Of a stretch of 64,000 bases of DNA, positions 18,337 to 27,723 are shown in pieces. This DNA is from Candidatus Micrarchaeota archaeon. Lineage in GTDB: Archaea > Micrarchaeota > Micrarchaeia > Anstonellales > Bilamarchaeaceae. Location: NCBI GenBank assembly GCA_043827025.1, contig JBDRPL010000011.1:1-64000 (forward strand), given 5' to 3'. Under the pieces are notes generated by a model that worked only from the letters and a program-made list of their open reading frames with translations, did no database searches and was not told the DNA's origin. The stretch's first letter is position 1, and each line of letters begins with the position of its first letter. The position numbers and the translations under genes were made by a program.

Positions 18337-18415
18337 ATGAAATCAGAGATTTCATGACACAAGAAAAATCTTCGATTTTTCTACGTGTTGTAGGATTGGT
18401 GATTACACCAAATCC
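18337..18415. repeat. Cluster of three short hairpins downstream of RT
   Basis: atgaaatc-aga-gatttcat, agaaaaatc-ttc-gatttttct, ttggtg-atta-caccaa. Confidence 0.7.
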
Positions 18416-18420
18416 AAGTA

Positions 18421-19422
18421 TTGGCGACCGGTCGTGGCCTATTTTTAATATTTCGAGATGGTTTTTTGGGCGTTCTTGAAGATTTTTCATCATGGTTTGT
18501 TTTCGATGTCCTTGGTATGCAAAAGGACAATCCTTTAGCAGAATCCCTGAATTTCTTCATCTATGACACTATCAAGATCTTTATCCTGCTTGCAGTGATG
18601 ATCTTTCTTGTATCTATACTAAGAACATTCATCACTCCTCAGAAGGTGAGAAAGTGGCTCGGAGGCAAAAGAGAGGGTGTGGGCAATGTCATTGCAGCTT
18701 TACTGGGTATCCCAACTCCATTCTGTTCCTGCTCAGCCGTTCCTTTGTTTATAGGATTCGTGGAAGCAGGCGTTCCTCTTGGAGTCACATTCTCATTTCT
18801 AATCGCTGCACCAATGATCAATGAAATTGCAGTGGTTCTTTTATTTGGATTATTCGGCTGGCATATCACTGCACTATATGTTCTTTCAGGTCTTTTCATT
18901 GCAATATTCGGAGGCATACTTATAGGCAGGCTGAAGCTTGAGAAACAAGTAGAACCATTTGTCTACAACGCAAACATAAAGAAGAAATCAACGAACTTCA
19001 AGAACTGGGACAAGAGAATAGAGTTTGCAAAGATACAGACTGCGAACCTGGTAAAAAAAGTAGGGCTTTACATAATCCTTGGTGTGGGAATAGGAGCGCT
19101 TATCCATGGGTTTGTGCCAGTTGGTTTCCTTGCAGACCTTGCAGGTCCGAATAATCCTCTTGCAGTTCCAATTGCAGTATTAATTGGAATTCCATTATAT
19201 TCGAATGCCGCAGGAACAATTCCAATAGTGGAATCATTGATGGCAAAAGGAATGGCAATAGGCACTGCATTAGCACTTATGATGAGCATCACAGCACTTA
19301 GCCTTCCAGAAATGATACTTCTAAGAAGAGTGTTAAAACCAAAGTTGCTGGTAATATTCATTGCAATCATAGCAATATGCATCACGCTGACTGGACTGTT
19401 GTTCAATCTAGTTATAGGATAA
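18421..19422 (+). CDS. ArsP/DUF318-type permease
   Basis: PFCSCSAVP, GVPLGVTFSFLIAAPMINE, ALSLPEMILL; true start possibly TTG 18466. Confidence 0.88.
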   Translation: MATGRGLFLIFRDGFLGVLEDFSSWFVFDVLGMQKDNPLAESLNFFIYDTIKIFILLAVMIFLVSILRTFITPQKVRKWLGGKREGVGNVIAALLGIPTPFCSCSAVPLFIGFVEAGVPLGVTFSFLIAAPMINEIAVVLLFGLFGWHITALYVLSGLFIAIFGGILIGRLKLEKQVEPFVYNANIKKKSTNFKNWDKRIEFAKIQTANLVKKVGLYIILGVGIGALIHGFVPVGFLADLAGPNNPLAVPIAVLIGIPLYSNAAGTIPIVESLMAKGMAIGTALALMMSITALSLPEMILLRRVLKPKLLVIFIAIIAICITLTGLLFNLVIG

Positions 19423-19512
19423 AACTAAGACAAAATAAGTTTTTGATAAAATAATTGTAAAATAAGAAAAATAAATTAAATAAATTAGTTATACTGATCT
19501 AAATTGGCTAAC

Positions 19513-19707
19513 CTAAAACTTTTTGTGTTTTGGATAGCAATCTTTACAATATACTGGTCTACCATCAATTGGCTTGAACGGTACCTGACACGCTTGACCG
19601 CAATCGCTGCAAGTTGCATCAGACATTTCTCTTGGACCAAAATTTCTGCGACCAAATCCGCCGCCTCTTCCTCTCCTATCTCCTTCATCATCCATCATAT
19701 ATTTCAC
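19513..19707 (-). CDS. CxxC-x17-CxxC zinc-binding protein with RG-rich N-terminus
   Basis: PREMSDATCSDCGQACQVPFKPIDGRPVYCKDCY. Confidence 0.9.
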   Translation of the reverse strand: MKYMMDDEGDRRGRGGGFGRRNFGPREMSDATCSDCGQACQVPFKPIDGRPVYCKDCYPKHKKF

Positions 19708-19895
19708 TACTTTTTTACATTTTTTATTTCGACCCAGATTTTCCTCTGGTCAAAACTGACAATTATACTGCTTGGAAGAGTTTATAATGCTATCCCTATG
19801 CTTTCCCTGCGGAAGAATCGAACCATGTTCGATAACTGCAACCACGGGTTGCTGAAGTAAAGGGTTTGAATGAAGGGGGCTCAGAAATAGTTATT

Positions 19896-20756
19896 TTATT
19901 TTTCCATTACGAAGGCGGTGCCCGCCCTCACCAAAAAGAATGTTCCAAGAATTCCAATTATTCCTGCAATCACTGTTGACAGATAAGCTCCGATCCCTAC
20001 CAATTGAATTGCATATTCTGGAACAGGCGCATTATATATTTGAGTTGCCTTTTCAAAGAATCCAAGGTTGATTGCAACACTGTCAAGGCCGTCAGGGTTT
20101 TGGGATGCGAATGGCGTCAAAATAGCAACTATGAAGATGGATGTGCCGACTGTTGCTGTTGCAAAATTCAGGGATGCAAACCGGGTCCTGTTGGCAAATA
20201 TATTATACGCAACAAGCGTGATCAAACCCTCTCCAATTCCGATTACGGCATGCACAGAAACCATTGCAACAAGCGCTGAAACAATTGGAACAGTTCCGCT
20301 TAATCCAAGTTCAATTGCACATGCTGTGGATGCAGCAACAACACTGAACCATGACGTAGCAACAATTGATTTAGTTTTTTCATAAACAACCCTTGCAGAA
20401 TAAACTCCAATAATTGCCATGTTGAATACATTTGCTCCAAGCGCAAGCGCTCCTCCGTCTCCGAAAACAAATGATTGCACCAGAAGTACACAGGCGATTA
20501 TGATTACTGCTGCATCAGCTCCAAAGATGAGGAAGGCAAGTGCTGCCCCTATAAGGTGGCCGCTTGTTCCGGAAGCAATAGGAAAATTTATCATCTGAGC
20601 AGCAAAGATAAGCGCTGCAAAGGAAGCGATTCGAATGGCCTTTTCTCTTGAAATATTTTTTCTCAGATTCCATAGGGCAAGAGAGACAACTGCACCTGAA
20701 ACAATTAGCATAAGAACGCAAATCCAACTGGTGATAAATCCATCCGGTGTGTGCAT
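19896..20756 (-). CDS. cbiM: ECF-type Ni/Co transporter S component CbiM/NikM fused to a PDGLE (NikN-like) domain
   Basis: MHTPDGF start, GTSGHLIG, FGDGG, ASQNPDGLD. Confidence 0.9.
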   Translation of the reverse strand: MHTPDGFITSWICVLMLIVSGAVVSLALWNLRKNISREKAIRIASFAALIFAAQMINFPIASGTSGHLIGAALAFLIFGADAAVIIIACVLLVQSFVFGDGGALALGANVFNMAIIGVYSARVVYEKTKSIVATSWFSVVAASTACAIELGLSGTVPIVSALVAMVSVHAVIGIGEGLITLVAYNIFANRTRFASLNFATATVGTSIFIVAILTPFASQNPDGLDSVAINLGFFEKATQIYNAPVPEYAIQLVGIGAYLSTVIAGIIGILGTFFLVRAGTAFVMEK

Positions 20757-20816
20757 GACAATCATAATCATTAATGATTTTAGATTAATAAACCTTTATT
20801 ATGAAAAAAGATATAT

Positions 20817-21266
20817 ATGGATTTTTTAGAACGATTGAAACAACTGGTAAAAGATAAAAAAGTGCTTGCTCTGGGAGTAGGAAACTCCATCAAATCAGAT
20901 GATGGAATAGGGGAATATATTTTAAAGAGGCTAAAAACCAAGAACAAAATATTTTGTGGTTCTGTTCCTGAAAATTTTATATTTAAGATTAAAGAAAATG
21001 AGCCGGATTTAGTTTTGATAATTGATGCAATGGATTTTCAAGGAAAGCCAGGGGAAGTGTTGTTGGCAAGTGCTATTGATACGAGGGCACCCAAAATATC
21101 AACCCATTCATTATCATTTGACATGTTTGATAAATTCCTTCCGGGAGTGGATCTCCATGTTTTGGGGATTCAGGCTAAAAATCTTGACTATGGGGATGAA
21201 ATAAGTAAAGAGGTTTTGGATTCTGCTGACCATTTGGTCCTGGAACTCAACAAAGTGCTTTTATAA
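20817..21266 (+). CDS. hycI: Hydrogenase maturation protease (HycI-like)
   Basis: LGVGNSIKSDDGIG, GSVPEN, IIDAMDF, STH. Confidence 0.9.
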   Translation: MDFLERLKQLVKDKKVLALGVGNSIKSDDGIGEYILKRLKTKNKIFCGSVPENFIFKIKENEPDLVLIIDAMDFQGKPGEVLLASAIDTRAPKISTHSLSFDMFDKFLPGVDLHVLGIQAKNLDYGDEISKEVLDSADHLVLELNKVLL

Positions 21267-21287
21267 CTTATCGTAGAGTGTTCTAGT

Positions 21288-21986
21288 ATGCTAAGGTCAT
21301 CAGTTTTATATCTCCTTTCAATTGCGATAATGATGGGGATATTATTCTTAAATCCTCAAATTCCTTCAGATTATGGAGTAGGGATGGTGGTTGTTTCGAT
21401 TTTGGCAATCATTTTACTAAGTGTTTTTGGCCTATTTGCCAAATCCTTAATGAATTACCTGGCCTGCTCGATTTTAATTCAATTGGCATATTTTTTCTTA
21501 GATCTCAGTACTGCAGTTTTAATTGGAAAATCACTATGGTTTGCAGTGATTCAATTCATAAACTTTGTAATTGTTGTGACTCCTTTTCTGCTATTTTTTT
21601 ATTTATTTCATAGAACCCTGAAGAAAAAGTTATTTATTGAATATGCAGGTTTATATAAAAAAAACCAACTGTTAGTTTTAGCATTATGCATTATCGCATT
21701 GTCATCAGGAGGTATGCCCGGATTTAATGTATTTGTAGGAGAATTTATGATTTATTCATCGCTTTTTGCGATCCATCCTTTCCTAACCTATTTTGCAGTT
21801 TTAGCTGGTTTGGTTTGTTTCTTTTTCTATTTTAGGATTTGCTATACTTTGCTCGTGGGTAACTCAAAACGAGTAGTCTATCATTCCTTGCCTATGAAAA
21901 TTGTGCTTGTATTATTTACAACCTTATCTGTTGTTTTAGGGGTAGTGCCTCAAATATTGTTTTATGTCTTGGAGTTTTACATATGA
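21288..21986 (+). CDS. Short antiporter-like (MrpD/NuoN-family) subunit of the group 4 hydrogenase
   Basis: LACSILIQLAY, YAGLYKKN, SSGGMPGFNVFVGEF; only 232 aa. Confidence 0.75.
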   Translation: MLRSSVLYLLSIAIMMGILFLNPQIPSDYGVGMVVVSILAIILLSVFGLFAKSLMNYLACSILIQLAYFFLDLSTAVLIGKSLWFAVIQFINFVIVVTPFLLFFYLFHRTLKKKLFIEYAGLYKKNQLLVLALCIIALSSGGMPGFNVFVGEFMIYSSLFAIHPFLTYFAVLAGLVCFFFYFRICYTLLVGNSKRVVYHSLPMKIVLVLFTTLSVVLGVVPQILFYVLEFYI

Positions 21987-22096
21987 AAAAGGATTTGTAT
22001 TTAGGTGGAGAAAAAGTGGATGAACCTATGGTGCCTCTAGACTTTACAGATTTTCTAATCTCCTTCGTAAGAAGCCTACTAGGTGGAAAAAAATGA
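21983..22096 (+). CDS. 37-aa microprotein in the hydrogenase operon
   Basis: MKKDLYLGGEKVDEPMVPLDFTDFLISFVRSLLGGKK; ATGA overlaps at both ends; below the ORF-track length cutoff. Confidence 0.6.
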   Translation: MKKDLYLGGEKVDEPMVPLDFTDFLISFVRSLLGGKK

Positions 22097-22497
22097 GCAA
22101 TCCTATCAAAAAATCCCCATGGATAAGTATTTTCAATGCTGGAGGGTGCAATGGATGTGTTATTGAATGTGTGGCTTGTACAAATCCAAAATTTGATGTT
22201 ACTAGGTTAGGGATTGAATTAAAAGCAAGTGCAAAACATGCGGATATCTTATTAGTTACTGGAATAGTTAACAAACATAATAAATCACGTTTGATTAATG
22301 TTTATGAGAGTATGGCGGAGCCAAGAAAAGTAATTGCAATTGGAACATGTGCAGTTTCAGGAGGGTTATATCACAATTCCCCGGCATTTGCAGGCCCATT
22401 GGATAAAGTCATTCCAGTTGATATCTATGTTCCGGGTTGTGCTCCCAGGCCTGAAGCAGTTATTGATGCAATAATAAGGGTGTTGGATGATGATTGA
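22093..22497 (+). CDS. Group 4 [NiFe]-hydrogenase small subunit (NuoB-like)
   Basis: GGCNGCVIE, ADILLVTG, GTCAVSGG, VPGCAPRPE. Confidence 0.92.
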   Translation: MSNPIKKSPWISIFNAGGCNGCVIECVACTNPKFDVTRLGIELKASAKHADILLVTGIVNKHNKSRLINVYESMAEPRKVIAIGTCAVSGGLYHNSPAFAGPLDKVIPVDIYVPGCAPRPEAVIDAIIRVLDDD

Positions 22498-22783
22498 TCC
22501 TATGAGTAAAATGACAGATATGCGTGCAGACAGGTTAGTTAGCATTACTTGTCTGAAGGATGGGGAGGATTTCAAGTTGATCTACCATTTTTCTTTGAAT
22601 GATGATCCTGATTTAATTGCCATAACCATAGATGTTTCAAAAGGAGAGAAGGTAAAAACAATAATCCCAAGATGGAACAATGCTTTATTTTTTGAAACTG
22701 AAGTAACTGAATTCTACGGGCTCAACTTTGAGGGGAATCCTGCTTGTGGGACGAGACTATTTTTACAGGAGGTTGAAAAATAA
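22487..22783 (+). CDS. Group 4 hydrogenase NuoC-like subunit
   Basis: LIYHF, NALFFETEVTEFYGLNFEGNP. Confidence 0.85.
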   Translation: MMIDPMSKMTDMRADRLVSITCLKDGEDFKLIYHFSLNDDPDLIAITIDVSKGEKVKTIIPRWNNALFFETEVTEFYGLNFEGNPACGTRLFLQEVEK

Positions 22784-23937
22784 TGCATGAATGTATTTTT
22801 CCTATCGGACCCCAGCATCCTGCTTTGAAAGAACCAATATACCTAAAACTGCATGTTGAAGGGACAACAGTTAAGCAAGCTGAGTTTAACTTGGGCTATG
22901 CCCATAGGGGAGTCGAAAGAATCTCTGAAGGTAAACTGTTGGATCCTGAATTGCACACTGTTCAAAGAACATGTGGCATATGTTCCCATTGCCATTCTTT
23001 AGCGTTTCTAAGGGCAGTTGAACCTGTTGCAGGCCTGACAATTCCTATGAAGGTAAAACTTCAAAGGGTCATGGTTGCAGAGCTGGAGAGGATCCATTCC
23101 CATTTATTGTGGGCAGGAGTTATGATGCATGAAATGGGATTAGAGACCCTATTCATGTATTTTTGGAGAGAAAGAGAGAATATCCTGGATGTCTTTGATG
23201 AATTGACTGGTGGGAGAGTTCACCATTCTATCAATTTAGTTGGAACAATGAAAAGAAGTTTTAACAAAGAAAATTTAGTGTTTGCCCAGGAAAAACTCAA
23301 TTCTATTATTGACAGGGTCAAAGAGCATCGTGAGGTATTGGAGAATCATGACGTGATTGTTAGTAGATCTAAGGGGATCGGCAAAATCTCAAAAAAGATG
23401 GCAGTTGATTTGGGGTTGGTGGGCCCAGTTGCAAGGGCCTCTGGTGTTGATTATGATGTGAGGGTAAATTCCCCATATGAAGCTTACACGGAAATCAAAG
23501 TAAAACCTGTTTTAAGAGTTGAAACAGATGCCTGGGCCAGGAGTCTGGCAAGGGCTGATGAAATTCTGGAATCAATCAAAATCATAGACAAGGCAATTGA
23601 TATGATTGATCCAAATGAGGAACTCCCTAAGAAACCCTCATTTTTTGCAAAAGAAGGGGTTGGTTTAGGCAGGGTTGAAGCACCAAGGGGAGAGAATTTT
23701 CATTATGTTAAAATTGAGAATAACAGGATATCCAGGATAAAGCTTAGAACGCCTACTTTAGCGAATCTTTGTGTTTATCCAAAGATTTTAGAGGATGTGG
23801 ACATAACAGACGTTCCGGTAATTGTGGCAAGTCTGGACCCGTGCATCTCTTGTATGGAAAGGGTTACGGTAATTAAGGATGGAAAGAAAGAAATTTGGAC
23901 AACTCATGAATTATCAGAGGCTAAAAAACATGATTGA
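22783..23937 (+). CDS. Group 4 [NiFe]-hydrogenase large subunit
   Basis: GPQHP, RTCGICSHCH (L1), DPCISCMER (L2) followed by a C-terminal extension. Confidence 0.93.
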   Translation: MHECIFPIGPQHPALKEPIYLKLHVEGTTVKQAEFNLGYAHRGVERISEGKLLDPELHTVQRTCGICSHCHSLAFLRAVEPVAGLTIPMKVKLQRVMVAELERIHSHLLWAGVMMHEMGLETLFMYFWRERENILDVFDELTGGRVHHSINLVGTMKRSFNKENLVFAQEKLNSIIDRVKEHREVLENHDVIVSRSKGIGKISKKMAVDLGLVGPVARASGVDYDVRVNSPYEAYTEIKVKPVLRVETDAWARSLARADEILESIKIIDKAIDMIDPNEELPKKPSFFAKEGVGLGRVEAPRGENFHYVKIENNRISRIKLRTPTLANLCVYPKILEDVDITDVPVIVASLDPCISCMERVTVIKDGKKEIWTTHELSEAKKHD

Positions 23938-24772
23938 GTTAGCTATAACCTTTATATTAATTTTCGTGGCCCTTCTTTTCGAAGGTGTTAGAAGAAAAAT
24001 AATTGCAAGGATGCAAAACAGGGTTGGACCCCCATTGCTTCAGCCATTCTATGATCTTCTAAAACTATTGACTAAAAAAGGAGTTCATGAACAAAATTTA
24101 ATCTTTAGTTTGGTCCCCTCTATCACTTTGGCCACTTCTTTAGTTATCCTGTTATTTGTTTCAGCATTATTTGTAAGCCAGTCATTTTTAGGATTTGACT
24201 ATAATTTTCTTTTAATTGGATATTTGTTTATACTTCAAGATACTTTCCTGATCTTTGGAGCAGTATCCAGTAGATCTCCATTTGCAGTTCATTCAAGTAT
24301 GAGGGAAATGTTAATCATGTTGGGTTATGAATTAGCATTCTTAATTCTTTTATCTTTATTTTTTATCAAGGCTTCAGTCTTTAATTTTGTCAGTTACCCA
24401 TTAGATTTGGCAATCTTACAACTTCCATTGGCCTCGATCCTGCTATTCTATGTCGGTTATGTGATCCTAAAGATAACTCCCTATGACGTAGTCAATGCAG
24501 ATGCTGAAATCTCGGGTGGATTCTTAACTGAATATTATGGAAAAGATTTAGCAATCTTGGAGTTGGCAGAATTTATCAAGAATTTCTGTTTCTACATAAT
24601 CTTTGCATTTTTAGTATTTGGAAAAAGTTATTTCTTGCCTGCATCTTTAGGCATATTAGTACTTTACGAACTTATGAGGGCCACGACTCCCAGGTACTCC
24701 ACATTTAGAGCAGCGAAGACCTTTGCACTTATTTTGCTTTTAGCATTTGTTGATCTATTCCTGGTGATTTAA
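23930..24772 (+). CDS. Group 4 hydrogenase NuoH-like membrane subunit
   Basis: RKIIARMQNRVGPPLLQPFYDLLKL, PYD..ADAEISGGFLTEY; start set at ATG 23930. Confidence 0.9.
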   Translation: MIELAITFILIFVALLFEGVRRKIIARMQNRVGPPLLQPFYDLLKLLTKKGVHEQNLIFSLVPSITLATSLVILLFVSALFVSQSFLGFDYNFLLIGYLFILQDTFLIFGAVSSRSPFAVHSSMREMLIMLGYELAFLILLSLFFIKASVFNFVSYPLDLAILQLPLASILLFYVGYVILKITPYDVVNADAEISGGFLTEYYGKDLAILELAEFIKNFCFYIIFAFLVFGKSYFLPASLGILVLYELMRATTPRYSTFRAAKTFALILLLAFVDLFLVI

Positions 24773-25101
24773 TGACATTATCCTTTGTTAAGTCTGTGTT
24801 GAAAAATTTTGTTTCCAAACCATTTACGAAAGATTATCCCAAGAAAACTCCTGAAATCTCAAAAAATTATCGTGGTAAGTTGTATTTGGACAGGGCAAAC
24901 TGCATAAAATGTAGGTTGTGCGTTATTAACTGCCCTACAAATGCTCTAACATTCAATGAAGAAAAAAAGAGGGTAGAATTTGATAGGGGTTTGTGTATTC
25001 TTTGTGGTATGTGCCATCATATATGTCCTAAGAATTGTTTTACTTTTACTAATCAACACAAAGTTTCAGAAAAGAAAAAGAAAAATTTTATTCAGAAGTA
25101 G
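24772..25101 (+). CDS. Group 4 hydrogenase NuoI-like 2[4Fe-4S] subunit
   Basis: CIKCRLCVINCP and CILCGMCHHICP. Confidence 0.92.
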   Translation: MTLSFVKSVLKNFVSKPFTKDYPKKTPEISKNYRGKLYLDRANCIKCRLCVINCPTNALTFNEEKKRVEFDRGLCILCGMCHHICPKNCFTFTNQHKVSEKKKKNFIQK

Positions 25102-25148
25102 TTTATTTGAGTTAAAATGTTGCTTGGTTAATAAAATATTGGTGTGCT

Positions 25149-25547
25149 ATGAAAAAAATCCTTGTTTTCGGCAATGAACTGGTGAAAAGCGATTCGCTTG
25201 CGTTAATGGTTGCAAGGGAACTCGGTAAAAGTGGCAAACTCAAAGACATAGAGTTCAAGGAATTGGATGCAGTGGAAGAGATACAGAACGAGGGAAAGGA
25301 CCTTGTCATTTTGGATGTGGTTCAGGGAATAAAGAAATTGACAATCATTACTGACTTCGACCAGTTGAAAAGCAGCCAAATCTATACTCTGCATGATTTT
25401 GATCTTGGGATGAACCTCAAACTCCTCAAGAAGTTGGGTCACATAGACAAAATGAAAATAATCGGAATCCCGATGGGTTGGAAAAAAGAGAAAGCAGTAA
25501 AGGAAGTAAGATCTGCAATCAAACAACTGTGGTCAATTGTACTATAG
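25149..25547 (+). CDS. Second hydrogenase maturation protease-like protein
   Basis: VFGNELVKSD, VILD, TLHDF; converges on the group 3b large-subunit gene. Confidence 0.7.
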   Translation: MKKILVFGNELVKSDSLALMVARELGKSGKLKDIEFKELDAVEEIQNEGKDLVILDVVQGIKKLTIITDFDQLKSSQIYTLHDFDLGMNLKLLKKLGHIDKMKIIGIPMGWKKEKAVKEVRSAIKQLWSIVL

Positions 25548-26840
25548 CCAATTCAATTTCAGGAAATGGGTGGCACAGCTCATGCATGGATCGTAAGCTC
25601 TAACCAGTTTTTCAACTTCGTATTTTATCTTTTCCTTTGGCATGCCTTCATCTAGTTTCTGCTGGACCATGCTGCCAATGTTCTTTTCCATGTTTACCTG
25701 GTTTTGTGCAGTGGGTATGACAAGCTCTGCATTCTTTACCTTACCTTCGTCATCTACGCGCAGATGGTAATAAAGAGTGCCACGGGGCGCTTCAATGACT
25801 CCAACACCCTCGCGTTTCCATCCTAATTTCAATTCAGGCCTTGGCTCTGCCTTTAGCTCAAGCCTTTCTATTATTTCAATAGAGCGATCGATGCAATTCA
25901 CTATTTCTATCGCCTGGGCAAGATTATTGTGGAAGATGTTGTTGGAAGGAAAGACCTTCAGGGATTCACTGCATGATTTTTTGGTGTCAGGATGTATGCT
26001 TGAGCCATTGAGATTTACTCGTGCAAGCGCTCCGACAAGATAGGGCCTTCCTTTGTATTTGAAGCCTGCTGCCTGCGAATATGGGATGACTCTTTCGCTA
26101 AGGTAATTGATGTACACCTCTTCAGCTATGCAATAGTGGTCTGTGGAGCATATTCCGTCTCCAAGATAAGCGAAGTCCTTGTTCTTTATAGCTATGAATT
26201 CCGCATTGTTTTCTATGAATTCGAAATCGCACTTGTGGAATATGTCAACGAATTCAAGCGCCCCATTCCGTATCTTCTGCAATTCAGGAACCATTGCCTT
26301 CAGTTCTTCCTTAGTCGGCGTTTTGATGAATCCTCCGGGTACCGGAAAGGGGGCATGCACTGGTTTCCCGCCAACAAGGGTGTCAAGTTTGTTGCCAACT
26401 GATTTTATGTCAAATGCTTCATGCAACAATTCATGTTCTTTTCCGTCATCTGCAAATTCAAGCACAGAATCCTTTCCAAATATGTCCGGAAGGCAGAAAA
26501 GAAAGAGGTGCATTGCATGGTCCCTGATATTCAGCCCATAAAGCATGAGGTTCCTCAAATCCATTGTCTGTTGCGAGGGAACGTGCTCATAAATTTCTTC
26601 AACAGTTTCAATGCAAGCGGTAAGGTGCGCAGTGCTGCAGGTCCCACATATCCTTGAAACCAGCCGATGAGTCATCAGAGAGGGTTTTCCACGCACTGCA
26701 CGCGTGAAAAATCGCTTGTTCTCGGTTATCTTGAGTTCAACGTTCTTGACTTTGTGGTCTTTAACCTTTATGTCAAGGTCTGCATGGCCTTCTATTTTGC
26801 TCATGTTCTCAAGGCTAATGTCAAAATCCAGACTGTGCAT
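25542..26840 (-). CDS. Group 3b-type [NiFe]-hydrogenase large (alpha) subunit
   Basis: KIEGH, SRICGTCSTAH, EAPRGTLYYH, RAYDPCMSCATH plus a short tail. Confidence 0.9.
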   Translation of the reverse strand: MHSLDFDISLENMSKIEGHADLDIKVKDHKVKNVELKITENKRFFTRAVRGKPSLMTHRLVSRICGTCSTAHLTACIETVEEIYEHVPSQQTMDLRNLMLYGLNIRDHAMHLFLFCLPDIFGKDSVLEFADDGKEHELLHEAFDIKSVGNKLDTLVGGKPVHAPFPVPGGFIKTPTKEELKAMVPELQKIRNGALEFVDIFHKCDFEFIENNAEFIAIKNKDFAYLGDGICSTDHYCIAEEVYINYLSERVIPYSQAAGFKYKGRPYLVGALARVNLNGSSIHPDTKKSCSESLKVFPSNNIFHNNLAQAIEIVNCIDRSIEIIERLELKAEPRPELKLGWKREGVGVIEAPRGTLYYHLRVDDEGKVKNAELVIPTAQNQVNMEKNIGSMVQQKLDEGMPKEKIKYEVEKLVRAYDPCMSCATHFLKLNWL

Positions 26841-27323
26841 TCAACTCACTGCTCCGAATTCTTTCAAATATTTGCCAAGTACATTTAGAAATATGTTGGT
26901 ATCCATCGGACATCCCGGAACCTTGTCATCCACCTTCACAATCTGGTCAAGAGGAAGGACTTTCTCCCAAAGATGGAATTTCTTTATCGTAGGCGCTATC
27001 TCTTTCTTCAGTGCATCGTCAAAATTATTCCTATGGCCTGAAGGCATACCAGTGCAGGCGCATGCCCCTATGGCAACCACATATTTGGCAAGATTCCTTA
27101 TCTTCTTCAGTTCATCCGCTTCCTTGTCAGTGGAAATTGCGCCTTCTATGAATGCAACGTCGAAAGGACCCATTTCATTCTTCGATTTCAGCATCTTGCA
27201 ATGCTTGAACTCTATCAATTTTTTCCATTCAAAATAATTCTCATTCATAAGCTCGATGAATAGGATGGAGCTGTCTTCGCAGCAGGTGAATGTGAACCAG
27301 CCTATGACCAGCTTTTTCATCAA
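26841..27323 (-). CDS. Group 3 hydrogenase small (delta) subunit, short form
   Basis: FTCCED, FIEGAI, GACACTG, VPGCP; ends at 160 aa. Confidence 0.85.
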   Translation of the reverse strand: MMKKLVIGWFTFTCCEDSSILFIELMNENYFEWKKLIEFKHCKMLKSKNEMGPFDVAFIEGAISTDKEADELKKIRNLAKYVVAIGACACTGMPSGHRNNFDDALKKEIAPTIKKFHLWEKVLPLDQIVKVDDKVPGCPMDTNIFLNVLGKYLKEFGAVS

Positions 27324-27350
27324 GTATCACTTGCACGAAAAAGATTAATG

Positions 27351-27635
27351 TTATTGAACGCTCATCTTTCCGAATTTACCAAGAGTCAATTGCTTGGTGC
27401 CTTTCCATTCATTGACATAGCCATTCTCTATGGAAATCTTATCGCCTACCTTCACAGTGTCTATTGCTTCGTTCCAGAGCGCAATGTCTATCTGTCCGCT
27501 TTCATCCTTCAATGTAATATTGGCAACCTTGAGGATTCTTCCATATTTGTTTATCTCTCGGACTTCGCCCACTGCAATGACTTCTGCATTTAGGCTTACA
27601 TTTCCGGTTCCAGGATTCAATTCGCTTATTTTCAT
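27351..27635 (-). CDS. Single OB-fold ssDNA-binding protein (SSB/RPA)
   Basis: MKISEL, LKDESGQIDIALWNE, IENGYVNEWKG. Confidence 0.88.
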   Translation of the reverse strand: MKISELNPGTGNVSLNAEVIAVGEVREINKYGRILKVANITLKDESGQIDIALWNEAIDTVKVGDKISIENGYVNEWKGTKQLTLGKFGKMSVQ

Positions 27636-27723
27636 TTGTATCACTTCAGCTAGCATATGCACTGTTACTTTTATAATACATCTATAATCAGCTTTATTAA
27701 TTTTCCTTCCAAATATTCAAATC

